From an uncultured virus (IMG/VR IMGVR_UViG_3300030372_002776) (taxonomy: Duplodnaviria; Heunggongvirae; Uroviricota; Caudoviricetes), in IMG/VR virus record IMGVR_UViG_3300030372_002776: a DNA stretch of 64,000 nt; one strand, given 5' to 3'. The first letter of the stretch is position 1. Each line of letters opens with the position of its first letter. The position numbers and the translations under genes were made by a program. Of the stretch, positions 1 through 9,227 are shown one piece after another. The notes beneath the pieces are model-generated. The model searched no databases, had not been told where the DNA came from, and was given only the letters and a program-made list of their open reading frames with translations.

Positions 1-314
1 TCCTGTGATTCGCCGGGCCTTCTTCTAACACCATCTTCATCACCGCCACCGGGTTCGCTTGGAGTATCAAACCACGGGATGTCTGGTTTACTGGAGGGAG
101 CGGGTCTAGGCTTTGGTTTAGGACCAGCGGGGCTATAAGGTTCTGATGGATCTAATGGAGATCCATCGGGGTATGGAAGACCCGGAGTATAAAAGCCGGG
201 TAGTTTTCGGAGAGGACCATAATCGAAGCTTCTATTTTCCGGCCTACTGCCAGATCCTTTAGATCCTGTCATTCTTGCTCTAGAACCAGAGCCATTAAAC
301 ATATTCTTAGCCAT
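1..314 (-). CDS. Pro/Gly-rich hypothetical protein downstream of portal (3' end outside window)
   Basis: ATG at 314 after GAAAGGAAATAAACA; frame MAKNMFNGSGSRARMTGSKG... stays open to the window edge. Confidence 0.6.
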   Translation of the reverse strand, partial: MAKNMFNGSGSRARMTGSKGSGSRPENRSFDYGPLRKLPGFYTPGLPYPDGSPLDPSEPYSPAGPKPKPRPAPSSKPDIPWFDTPSEPGGGDEDGVRRRPGESQ

Positions 315-340
315 TGTTTATTTCCTTTCGGCCACACTCA

Positions 341-1969
341 TCATTGTGTGCCTAATGATTCTTGTAATGCTTGTGCAGCCTGAGGATCTAGGCCTTGTAA
401 TAGACCCTCTAAACCTTGTCCTTGAAGTGCGCCTGCCGCCTGTTGGCCTACAGCACCTGCTACCTGCTGCCCCGCTGTTGCAGTTAGTTGCTGCTGCATT
501 TGCTGGGCTGCCATCATTTGTTGTTGTTCCATCATTTGTTCGCGTACTTCAGCCTCATTCTTAACCCAGTTATCAGAATCAAATCCAAGGGCTGTTACGA
601 GAGCCTTTCCATACTCGTCCCATTTAAACATCATAGCAATTTGCTCAGGTAAGTTTCTGACCATTTCGCCTAGTTGCATTAGTTTATTTAAATCCGTGTC
701 TCTGCTAAGTGCTTGTAATCCAGTTACAATATCTACACTAAGAATTCCATCTTCTAAGAATTCTTCGTATAGTCTTTCATCAATTGCTTCTTCGGCAATC
801 ATAACATAAACACATCTATTTACAAGAGGGACAAATAGATCTCTTGAGATAGAACCAAAGGCACCGCCTAAAACTGTTTCTAATTCGGTGCCGATCATAC
901 GAACTGCTGTTGCGGTGACTCGATCTCCAGATGGTATTGAAGCTGATTCTAATAAAAATGATCTACCAATTTCACGACGCATAATTTCTACGGCTTGATT
1001 TGTAGATTGAATCTGAGCATTCATAGTTCCAGACGGAGTTAAAGTAAATACATCTTGTTGACGAGCGGCGACATATGTTCCATTCGGAGCGGCTGCAATG
1101 TCATCAATGTCTGTAATTCCTGCTGGATCTACTGCAATCCAGAAAGCTGAACCAGCGGCCATGCTTTCTACTAAAGCTTCTGAGTATGCCTCAAGAGCAG
1201 TAATATCTCCAAGGATATCTTCACAATGAGATCTTCCATAGTTATCTCCTACAGAATACCCCCAACGAAGAGGAATGTAAGGAAGTATATTATACTCTCC
1301 TTCTTCAAAAATCTCTTCTTCTTTTTCTTTTTTAACGTACCAGATTTTATCTTCTTCATTATAGAGGCATTGTACAAAAACAGAATTATAACCATGTTTG
1401 TTTTCAGCATAAGATCCTGCTTGAAAAGAAGAATACATATCTAATTGATCGTCATCTTCTTCTTTTAGTTCATACTCTACAAAAATAATTTCTTTTAAAT
1501 TACCTACTACATCTCTTCTGACTACATAGTTATCTAGTCTAATTAATCTACAAGACATATCGTCTTCGATGACAAACAAGACATCTCCTGTAATGATAAG
1601 ATGTTGTAAAGCTAAGAAAACAACTTCTCTTAGGTTTTTTGATTTAATTTTATTATAAACCTGATCTGCCATACTTTCTAAGTAGTTGTTTACTTGTACA
1701 CTAGGGTTTACTCCATCTTTTATAGCAAACTTAAAAAAAGGCTCTTCGTTTAACGGAATCAACGCAGATAACATCTTACTAGACATTGCTGTTACTCCCC
1801 TAGCTGGTACAGAAGAATAAGGAGTATACAGTTGATCTTCTTCTCCATGAGACTCAGGAGGAAGTATAGTAGGAATAGTAAGTCTAGATGCTTCTCTAGC
1901 GTGATCTAGTTTTCGTTGTCTTTTAGAATTTAAAACTCGATAACGATCTGCTAGAGTTTGATCTTTCAT
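341..1969 (-). CDS. Head-tail connector (portal), T7 gp8-like
   Basis: 542 aa; 'LTIPTILP', 'PYIPLRW...YGRS', 'RVTATAVR...ELETVLGG' and 'TGLQALSR' match the T7-type portal pattern. Confidence 0.95.
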   Translation of the reverse strand: MKDQTLADRYRVLNSKRQRKLDHAREASRLTIPTILPPESHGEEDQLYTPYSSVPARGVTAMSSKMLSALIPLNEEPFFKFAIKDGVNPSVQVNNYLESMADQVYNKIKSKNLREVVFLALQHLIITGDVLFVIEDDMSCRLIRLDNYVVRRDVVGNLKEIIFVEYELKEEDDDQLDMYSSFQAGSYAENKHGYNSVFVQCLYNEEDKIWYVKKEKEEEIFEEGEYNILPYIPLRWGYSVGDNYGRSHCEDILGDITALEAYSEALVESMAAGSAFWIAVDPAGITDIDDIAAAPNGTYVAARQQDVFTLTPSGTMNAQIQSTNQAVEIMRREIGRSFLLESASIPSGDRVTATAVRMIGTELETVLGGAFGSISRDLFVPLVNRCVYVMIAEEAIDERLYEEFLEDGILSVDIVTGLQALSRDTDLNKLMQLGEMVRNLPEQIAMMFKWDEYGKALVTALGFDSDNWVKNEAEVREQMMEQQQMMAAQQMQQQLTATAGQQVAGAVGQQAAGALQGQGLEGLLQGLDPQAAQALQESLGTQ

Positions 1970-1971
1970 TA

Positions 1972-2331
1972 TTATGTTCCCCGTACTTCAGTTGTTGGTT
2001 CTGTTTCTTCTTCGTCATCAGGAATTTGAAGATAAGACATTGCCTCTACTGAGGGCCTATCTGATACAATGGATCCTACGTCTGGTTGTCCAGCCACTTC
2101 GGTTTTTTCAACTTCGACAGCGGCTGCTGCTTCTGCTGCTTGAATAGCTTCTTTTTGAGCCTTTTCTTTAGCCATTTGTTCTTGTTCTCTGGACTTAGCT
2201 TGAGCCATAGAAGCTGAAGCCTCGGCCTGAGCTTGTTCTTTTTGAGCCTTTGCTAAGGCAATATTTAAAGCCCTCTCGCCGCTTCTATCTGCTGACATAC
2301 CGCTTAGATCCGGTGCGCTTCCACTACCCAT
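1972..2331 (-). CDS. Hypothetical Ala/Glu-rich protein, possibly virion-associated
   Basis: 119 aa with SD AAAGGA; occupies the pre-portal slot of T7-like phages. Confidence 0.6.
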   Translation of the reverse strand: MGSGSAPDLSGMSADRSGERALNIALAKAQKEQAQAEASASMAQAKSREQEQMAKEKAQKEAIQAAEAAAAVEVEKTEVAGQPDVGSIVSDRPSVEAMSYLQIPDDEEETEPTTEVRGT

Positions 2332-2345
2332 AGTAATATCCTTTC

Positions 2346-2795
2346 TTATCTAGGCCTAGTTTCGTTTTTAAATCTTCCCCGTCTATATGTACCTTCTGAA
2401 ACAGCTTTGGACTCCAGTCCAGCTATTTGTACTGATGGTGCTGTTTTTACTTTAATCTTCTTTGCCTTAGGAGGCGTTATAAAAGCTTCATCAGCTTTGA
2501 ATTCTCCGCCTAATTTTCCTGTTACACCAGCTTGAGATTTTGCAACCTTAAGCCATCTTTCTCTTGTTTCTTTTGATAGTTTATTGATTCTGTCTTGAGA
2601 CAGCTTTGTTTGAATTGAAGTAAAAGCTCCAAGGGATTCTCCCTGTTTTCTTACTTTACTAGCTATAGTAGCAGCGTTAAATTTTGCTATTCTTACTGCT
2701 GATTGAAACTTAGGCTCCCAATATCTTCTCCAGCATTCATAACTATCATATTCCTGAGGAGGTCGGCATTCAGGTCCACCATCGAATAGCCCCAT
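2346..2795 (-). CDS. Hypothetical protein
   Basis: 149 aa; TAATG overlap with upstream gene; SD GAGGAGG. Confidence 0.65.
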   Translation of the reverse strand: MGLFDGGPECRPPQEYDSYECWRRYWEPKFQSAVRIAKFNAATIASKVRKQGESLGAFTSIQTKLSQDRINKLSKETRERWLKVAKSQAGVTGKLGGEFKADEAFITPPKAKKIKVKTAPSVQIAGLESKAVSEGTYRRGRFKNETRPR

Positions 2796-2989
2796 TAGAA
2801 ACCTCCTCTAGATTGTTCTTGTGATTTTAAAATTTGTTTTAGTTTGTTAATAACAGACACCTGCCCAGAGTTTTGGGCAAGCATCTTTATAAATTGTTCT
2901 GTATTAATATCCGGATCAAACTGAATCGGAGGATACATTTTTTCGAGTTCTTCGATTAGTTTCGGATCTATTCTTGGAAAGTTCTTCAA
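2795..2989 (-). CDS. Small podophage protein
   Basis: 64 aa 'FPRIDPKLIEELEKMYP...GQVSVINKLK', resembling small pre-portal proteins of T7-like phages. Confidence 0.6.
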   Translation of the reverse strand: MKNFPRIDPKLIEELEKMYPPIQFDPDINTEQFIKMLAQNSGQVSVINKLKQILKSQEQSRGGF

Positions 2990-3107
2990 CTGTTTTCTCC
3001 AAAGTTTCGATTCGAGCAGTCCATGACTTAATAATCATCGACAACTCAGCTTGATTAAGTGGCTGCGCTCTGTCTAGCTTAAATTGAATGTTAGGGCTAA
3101 TTTCCAT
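2916..3107 (-). CDS. Hypothetical coiled-coil protein
   Basis: ATG at 3107 right after the pilin stop, with GGAGG upstream. Confidence 0.5.
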   Translation of the reverse strand: MEISPNIQFKLDRAQPLNQAELSMIIKSWTARIETLEKTVEELSKNRSETNRRTRKNVSSDSV

Positions 3108-3108
3108 T

Positions 3109-3303
3109 TTAACCTCCACCTACAGTTCCATCAATAGCTGTATCTAGAGCTTGCGTCATTTCTTCAAACTTTGCGTTTTGTCCGTCTCTAACTGCTTTGA
3201 CTGCTCCAATAGATCCAGCACCCATAACAGTGCCTAGTATCATATATTCAGCAGTCTGCATTCCAGACTCATCTAATAAAAAGTTTTTAATATGTTGTAA
3301 CAT
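3109..3303 (-). CDS. flp: Flp family (type IVb/Tad) pilin-like protein
   Basis: 64 aa; leader MLQHIKNFLLDESG, then MQTAEY (G at -1, E at +5, Y at +6) and a hydrophobic helix; SD AAAGGA. Confidence 0.8.
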   Translation of the reverse strand: MLQHIKNFLLDESGMQTAEYMILGTVMGAGSIGAVKAVRDGQNAKFEEMTQALDTAIDGTVGGG

Positions 3304-3312
3304 GTTGTTCCT

Positions 3313-5250
3313 TTACTTTTCTAAATCTACTACTTCGCAAGATCCACCTTGACAAGCAAGACTATGAGAATTAATTGTTGTATCGGTTTTTTCGTAATAA
3401 GTAAGATCTGTCCAATCAATATGAGTAGGCATCTTACTTAATAAATCATCGTAGACTTCTTCATCACAGCTTTCAAACGGAGCTTGTTCATACACATGAT
3501 CGTCTGCTGGTAAGAATGATATGCCGGAGACATACTTCCAGTTATCCCAGACCCATTGACCAATCGAGAGAAACTCGTCATCGTGATAAGAAACAGTAAT
3601 GCTTGGCTTATGATGACACCAGTAACGCTGATACAAGAGCCAAAGATCAAGGTGGTCCAGAGCCTTAATGTTTTTCTGTGTAACAGTATTACATGGTGCT
3701 TTAATCGGGAATGAAAATACTGTGGTTGTATTTGGCCTTTGAATACATGACTCAGAAGGTATTCCCATTTCTGTCATAAACGTACATAGTGGATCGTTCT
3801 TATCTGCTCGAACTCTCCTGATATAATACTCACTATAACGTGGGTGCATACCTGAAGATGTTCCTGCTACACAAGAAGTAGTTCCACTGGGTTTACAACA
3901 AGTAATTGACTTGCTTGGATTAATGCCGAGCTTGCCTGCCCATCGCAGGTTAGTCTTCACAGCTTCTTCTCGAAGTTCTTCTAGAACATACGAAAGCTTG
4001 CCTTTACCTAGTTGTCCGCTCATTAGTTTACTATCATATATGCCAGTGAATGATACACCAAGAAGTCTTTCTTCTTCGCTGTTTTCCTTAAATTCATCTC
4101 TGAGATAAGGAAATCCGGTGAATGAAGATTGAATAGTACCCAGTATAGTAGCCATTTGTACCTTTTTACGAAGGCTTTCTAAATCATCATCAGGCCTGAC
4201 AACAACTTCTGTTAAGTTACAGAATTGATAAGGACGTAGAATAATTTCAGAACATGGATTTGTACCAAACTTAATTCCTTCTGTCTTACGTCCTGCCTTA
4301 GCTGCAATGCGAGACATAGCCTCTTGGTTACAGATGCCTCTTTCTCCAGATCTTGAATCATAGAGATGGCTCCATTCCTGTAGGAACTGACCTAGATCAG
4401 GCTTGTGATCGTACACAGCGGAGTTGTTAGCAAGACTTCTATGCCCTGAGCTTTCCCACCAAGGACCGGCCTTAGCTTTAGCCATCTCATGATCTGATAC
4501 ATCACTAAGAGAGATCAATGCTGATCGTCGAACCGCACCAGCAATAACAATCTCACCAATTAGACATACAATATCATGTACTTCAATAGGTTTTAGCTTT
4601 CTACCAGCACAATTATAGAACAACTTAACGATGTATCTAAACAATCGTTCAAGTGGTTCGGGGCCGCTTGCACGGCCACCAAAGGTCTTAAGCCTTGCTC
4701 CAGCAGGACGAACTAGAGAAGTATCCCATGTTGGGTGCTTTCCCTCGTACAAGTAATTAAGAAGCATTCTAAGTGCTTCAGCCCACCCTGCTCGGGAGTC
4801 TTGAACCAGAATAATATCTTCTGTTTTACAAATTTCATCAGGAACCTTAGAGAGTTGTTCGGTGTATTCTCTTTCACAAGAGAAACCAACTCCAGTTCCG
4901 CAGCATAAAATATATAAAACTTCTGAGAAAGATCTTGTGTCTTTAATCGGAAGATAAGAACAGTTATAAAAAACTGTGTTATCTACATCAGCAGCAGGAC
5001 CTGCGCTCATCAATGCCCTCATTGAAGGGAACACCTCTAAGTTTTCTGTGGCTTGCTTGCATTCGTTTAAAAGAGAAGAGTAATCTTCATAGTTTTCTTT
5101 GCCTACCATTAGCATGGTATTGTCACGAATATAATCGTAATATCTCTCTACGCATTCTTCCCATGTTTCTCTTCTATTTCTTGATTCCATCCACTTACAA
5201 TAACGGGAGGTTACAATAAATTGTTGGAATAAATCCATTTCTTTTTGCAT
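3313..5250 (-). CDS. nrdJ: Class II (adenosylcobalamin-dependent) ribonucleotide reductase
   Basis: 'FPSMRALM', 'YNCSY', 'GTGVGFS', 'TNPCSEI', 'KPSGTTS' and C-terminal CxxxxC; no beta subunit nearby; start moved to the ATG at 5250. Confidence 0.93.
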   Translation of the reverse strand: MQKEMDLFQQFIVTSRYCKWMESRNRRETWEECVERYYDYIRDNTMLMVGKENYEDYSSLLNECKQATENLEVFPSMRALMSAGPAADVDNTVFYNCSYLPIKDTRSFSEVLYILCCGTGVGFSCEREYTEQLSKVPDEICKTEDIILVQDSRAGWAEALRMLLNYLYEGKHPTWDTSLVRPAGARLKTFGGRASGPEPLERLFRYIVKLFYNCAGRKLKPIEVHDIVCLIGEIVIAGAVRRSALISLSDVSDHEMAKAKAGPWWESSGHRSLANNSAVYDHKPDLGQFLQEWSHLYDSRSGERGICNQEAMSRIAAKAGRKTEGIKFGTNPCSEIILRPYQFCNLTEVVVRPDDDLESLRKKVQMATILGTIQSSFTGFPYLRDEFKENSEEERLLGVSFTGIYDSKLMSGQLGKGKLSYVLEELREEAVKTNLRWAGKLGINPSKSITCCKPSGTTSCVAGTSSGMHPRYSEYYIRRVRADKNDPLCTFMTEMGIPSESCIQRPNTTTVFSFPIKAPCNTVTQKNIKALDHLDLWLLYQRYWCHHKPSITVSYHDDEFLSIGQWVWDNWKYVSGISFLPADDHVYEQAPFESCDEEVYDDLLSKMPTHIDWTDLTYYEKTDTTINSHSLACQGGSCEVVDLEK

Positions 5251-5251
5251 A

Positions 5252-5866
5252 CTATTTCTTTCTTTTAATATCGTCATAAAGCATTTTGGGAGTCCACGCA
5301 TATTTGCTGGTTTCTATCCCAAACATTTGTAATAATCGTGATGTAACTGTTACGCAATCATTTGTGTATCTAGGGTATCCTAGTATTCGGATAGGAAGGA
5401 ACACAAAGACAATACCATAAGCAAGTGCTTTTGGGCAATGTGATCCTTTGTGAATAGATAAACTTGTTGTATATTCAATTAAGTCTTCAAACGAAGGAAT
5501 GGTATCGCATTCAATTGTTATTGTTTCTTTCCAAGTGTATTTGTCCCCTTGGATGGGTTCGCTTCTCCAGAAGTGTCTTCCTTCTCTTGTTTCGTGATGA
5601 ACCCCGTCTATAGATAAGGTTACATGAGAAAAGGGATTTAGACATCTATGGAAAAAGAGAAGAAAGTGGAGGACAAAAAAAGGACGCAATACTTTGTACA
5701 ATTTTCTGTTAAGTCTGTTTGTTATTACTACGCTACTAAACAATTTTTTAGCTGCTCTTCTGTTTTGTTTACAAAAAGAATTTTTATAATTTAAACTGCT
5801 GTAAGATAGCGCATAAAAGTTCACATCAACCGTTTGTTTATTGTTTACCCAATTATCGGGTTCCAT
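5252..5866 (-). CDS. Hypothetical protein, possible permuted papain-like (NlpC/P60 superfamily) hydrolase
   Basis: 204 aa; 'FSHVTLSIDG' precedes 'TNDCVTVTSRLL' (His-before-Cys order). Confidence 0.4.
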   Translation of the reverse strand: MEPDNWVNNKQTVDVNFYALSYSSLNYKNSFCKQNRRAAKKLFSSVVITNRLNRKLYKVLRPFFVLHFLLFFHRCLNPFSHVTLSIDGVHHETREGRHFWRSEPIQGDKYTWKETITIECDTIPSFEDLIEYTTSLSIHKGSHCPKALAYGIVFVFLPIRILGYPRYTNDCVTVTSRLLQMFGIETSKYAWTPKMLYDDIKRKK

Positions 5867-6588
5867 AGGATAATATCTCCCTTATCTTTATCATATTCCC
5901 CTTTTCTTAGAATCCTTACGCATCTAGCCATAGCTAAGGCAAACTCCTCTGGATCCATGTCAATCTGTTTATTTTCAGGCCTTTGTTCTTCTTTATACAT
6001 CTTTAATATGGACGAAGACCATTCTTCTTTAGGAGTATTAGACAGAATCTTTTCAGCCTTCTTAGGACCAACTCGCCAAAGTCCCGGTATATTATCGGTA
6101 GAGTCTCCTGTCATCCATTGAGTGTAGAAAAAGATATCTGCATCCTCTTCTGATATAAACGTAGGTTTATCTTCTTTGTCTGGGTTCCAATGCCACCCCG
6201 GTACAGACCGAAGATCTTTGTCTATTGTTACAGAAACTCCTTGATCGGAAGAAGATATCATTCCCATTAAATCGTCTGCTTCTAATCGATCCACGCATCG
6301 TACAAGAGATGAAGAAGAATAAATAATTTCAAGAGCGTAATCTAAAGAATCTGGAGAATGAAGCTTATCACGATGCGCTTTGTACTCGGGCCAAAAATCT
6401 CTTCTGTAGTTTTTGCTCCGTGGACAAGAAAGACAGATAATAGTATTATCAATTCCTTCGGGGGTCCATTCTTTAATGTCGTGATTTAGACGGCTTTCTA
6501 GTTCATCAATTCCTTCTACGTCTGCCCAGTGAGCGGCTCGGTAAGCAAGGATATCTCCGTCTAATGCAGCTAAGTTGGGATATTCCAT
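5845..6588 (-). CDS. 5'-3' exonuclease, T7 gp6-like
   Basis: 'LDGDILAYR', 'LEADDLMG', 'DKDLRSVPG', 'GDSTDNIPGLWRVGPKKA'. Confidence 0.93.
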   Translation of the reverse strand: MEYPNLAALDGDILAYRAAHWADVEGIDELESRLNHDIKEWTPEGIDNTIICLSCPRSKNYRRDFWPEYKAHRDKLHSPDSLDYALEIIYSSSSLVRCVDRLEADDLMGMISSSDQGVSVTIDKDLRSVPGWHWNPDKEDKPTFISEEDADIFFYTQWMTGDSTDNIPGLWRVGPKKAEKILSNTPKEEWSSSILKMYKEEQRPENKQIDMDPEEFALAMARCVRILRKGEYDKDKGDIILWNPIIG

Positions 6589-7370
6589 TAATCTGCTCCT
6601 TCAGAAAACTCATCGTCGTTATCATCTTCCTCTTCTTCTTCCTCAATCTCTTCTAGATAATCATCTGGATCAATACCAAACTTGTCAAAGATTTCATCTA
6701 GGATTTGAGAAACATATTCAATTTTAAGTTGTGATTGACTTGCTTGTTGAATGCGTTCTTTCTCTTCTTCATTAAGAACTCTTGTGCCTAACCATACTTC
6801 TGAGTATATCTCAATTACCGACTTAAGATCATCAAGGTTTCCATCATTTAAAAGAATGGTAGAAAATATTCCCTTGTAGTTAGGATCCTTTGCTTCAATA
6901 TTGTTTGCCATTTTTTCAGACTCATGAAACCTCCAGTCAGCCTCTTGATCATCAATTTCTCTTTCTCCGTTTGAGATAAAAATCTGAATAGAATCATAAT
7001 CTCTTCCCTTTGCAACTTCATTTAAGTATCTACAGTCATCAACTAAAATAACTCTTTCCCAATACTTTTCTCCTCGCTCAATATCTTCTGCTTCAAGTTT
7101 AATTATTTCTTGAACTTGAGAAGCCCACTTGTTTACCCAATAGTCAGAGTCATCTGCTCTTAGAGCGGCCCCCATTTTTTGACAATAGTCTCTATACTCA
7201 ATTGAGTTTTTCTCTTTAGAGTATCCTTTTTCTTTAGCCTCTTCTTTAATGGGACCAGCGAAAGGAAGGAAGATAGGCTTAAATCCTAAGTGGTACGCAA
7301 ATTCTGCAATCATTTTAGCAATAGTAGTTTTACCGACTCTTGCTCTTCCTCCTAGCATTACCATCCGCAT
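6588..7370 (-). CDS. Deoxynucleoside monophosphate kinase-like P-loop protein with acidic tail
   Basis: 'GGRARVGKTT' Walker A, 'FAGPIK', 'DDCRYLNE', 'HESE'. Confidence 0.75.
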   Translation of the reverse strand: MRMVMLGGRARVGKTTIAKMIAEFAYHLGFKPIFLPFAGPIKEEAKEKGYSKEKNSIEYRDYCQKMGAALRADDSDYWVNKWASQVQEIIKLEAEDIERGEKYWERVILVDDCRYLNEVAKGRDYDSIQIFISNGEREIDDQEADWRFHESEKMANNIEAKDPNYKGIFSTILLNDGNLDDLKSVIEIYSEVWLGTRVLNEEEKERIQQASQSQLKIEYVSQILDEIFDKFGIDPDDYLEEIEEEEEEDDNDDEFSEGAD

Positions 7371-7522
7371 GATTCTACGTCCTTTCTTAGATTAGTGTCT
7401 TCTTCTTTAAGATTACTAATTATCCATACAAGATATGCAAGCGTATAGATTCCATATACGGTTGGATTATATTCTCTTAGTTTCTTTGCTTTCAGTAAAA
7501 CAAAGTGATCACAATTGTACAT
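7358..7522 (-). CDS. Small hypothetical protein (54 aa), not in ORF track
   Basis: MYNCDHFVLLKAKKLREYNPTVYGIYTLAYLVW...; TAATG overlap with the pol stop; fills the gap to the next gene. Confidence 0.5.
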   Translation of the reverse strand: MYNCDHFVLLKAKKLREYNPTVYGIYTLAYLVWIISNLKEEDTNLRKDVESCGW

Positions 7523-9204
7523 TAGTGTGTCTCCGACCAGTTAGAACCAATCTTGTACTCGCCATCAAGAGGCATCTTGACACCAAGTTTTTCACCAGCA
7601 AGAACAATGCTTTCGACACCAGCCCTACCAATATCTTCGGCAATTTCTGGAGGACATTCCAATTGCCATTCATCATGAACCGTAGCCATGAACTTAACTC
7701 CCTTTGTTCTGTTTATTTTAGTGTACAAAATAGCTTGAGCTAGTTTCATAACAATAGCACCATCTCCTTGAAGCTGGACATTCAAAGCAGCATGTTCGCT
7801 TCTACACGGAACTTCGCGTCCGTCGAGAAGAGTAATCGTTTTCTTCTTAGCTACTTGAAACTTTACTTCATCAATTAATTTCTTAAGTGCTGGCATGTTA
7901 CGAAGAAACCTTTGCTTCAATGTACGACCATTCTGTCCGGTGATCTTAGAAATCTTTTCATCTCCAGCACCGTAAATGAATCCGTAAAAGAATGTCTTAC
8001 ATACTGCACGACTATCAATGCCAGCTTGAACCATATTGTAGTCATGGATATCAGAACTAAGAATAACATCGGCATATTTACCTTGATCATACTTAGCCAT
8101 TCTGCTTGCAAGCATACGAGCTTCAAGACCAGAGGCATCAATTCCAACCATGACATTACCTTGACTAGGAATAAACAACGAACGCATCCGGGGATCTGAG
8201 TTAACTTGTTGTAAATTTGGTTGTGATGCAGTCATTCGTCCCGTAACAGTACCCTGAGGGTTGACGTTACCATGAATACGTCCATCCCTAGAGTTAGCTG
8301 ATCGAGTACACCAATCCGTTACTTGTCCTTGCATTTTAGTCAGGTCAAAGTAACGAGCAAGCTTGTCTGCTTCAGGAAACGAAAGAGACTTGAGAACTTC
8401 TGAATCAACCTTTGGATTACCTTTTTCCGTAGTAGGAGCAGTCCAATTGTACTTTTCTCCAAGTCTTTCTGCAATCTGCTGTCTTGATCCGGGGTTGAAA
8501 ATTGTAATCTTATCTTTAAGTCTTTTTCCTGTTTTATCAGAATGTCTTACTTCAATCTTAGCAGGAAACAGGCAGCGTAAATGGTCTTCGATCTCAGCTT
8601 TTTCAAGAGATAAAAGAGAATCCAAACGTGTAGCTTCATTGAGATTAAAGCCAATGCCATTTTCAATTTGCTTAGAGATTATATCAGTAACAATGTGTTC
8701 AAGAGCAACAGATTTGTTGTATTTGTTAATGAAGTTTTGTTGGGCTTTCCAAATACGTTCTGATACTTCAACGTCACGAATACAATACTCGATCATCTCA
8801 TCAGAGCATTCTTCCCAACCGCCTTGGTAATCCATCTTCTCGAAACCAAGGTGCTTACCCCAACAAGCCAGAGAGTTACCTCCTAGAGGGTTCTGGCTCT
8901 TCTCGGGATACATCATTCTTGAGACAATGAGAGTATCCAGTTTCCCAGTTCGAATAGTCCCGAAGAGACGTACAAGAACGGGTACATCATAGAGCGTAAT
9001 ATTGTGGCCGATAAGAAGATCGGCATTACGCAAAGCAGTAATACCAGATTCCATGTTAGTTTCAGTGTAAACATTAGTTTCTCCTGTGTCTACATTTTTA
9101 GTTACAAGGCAGTGTACCTTGGTTACTTCTTTTTGTGGCTCACCTTTTTTATTGAGGGTGAGTTCGTTAAGCCCATTGGCTTCAATATCGAATACAAGTT
9201 TCAT
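7522..9204 (-). CDS. DNA polymerase family A, T7 gp5-like, with 3'-5' exonuclease
   Basis: ExoI 'FDIEAN', motif A 'IDASGLEAR', motif B 'KTFFYGFIYG', motif C 'VHDEWQ'. Confidence 0.96.
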   Translation of the reverse strand: MKLVFDIEANGLNELTLNKKGEPQKEVTKVHCLVTKNVDTGETNVYTETNMESGITALRNADLLIGHNITLYDVPVLVRLFGTIRTGKLDTLIVSRMMYPEKSQNPLGGNSLACWGKHLGFEKMDYQGGWEECSDEMIEYCIRDVEVSERIWKAQQNFINKYNKSVALEHIVTDIISKQIENGIGFNLNEATRLDSLLSLEKAEIEDHLRCLFPAKIEVRHSDKTGKRLKDKITIFNPGSRQQIAERLGEKYNWTAPTTEKGNPKVDSEVLKSLSFPEADKLARYFDLTKMQGQVTDWCTRSANSRDGRIHGNVNPQGTVTGRMTASQPNLQQVNSDPRMRSLFIPSQGNVMVGIDASGLEARMLASRMAKYDQGKYADVILSSDIHDYNMVQAGIDSRAVCKTFFYGFIYGAGDEKISKITGQNGRTLKQRFLRNMPALKKLIDEVKFQVAKKKTITLLDGREVPCRSEHAALNVQLQGDGAIVMKLAQAILYTKINRTKGVKFMATVHDEWQLECPPEIAEDIGRAGVESIVLAGEKLGVKMPLDGEYKIGSNWSETH

Positions 9205-9227
9205 AGTTTCATCCTGATTGTTAGGGA

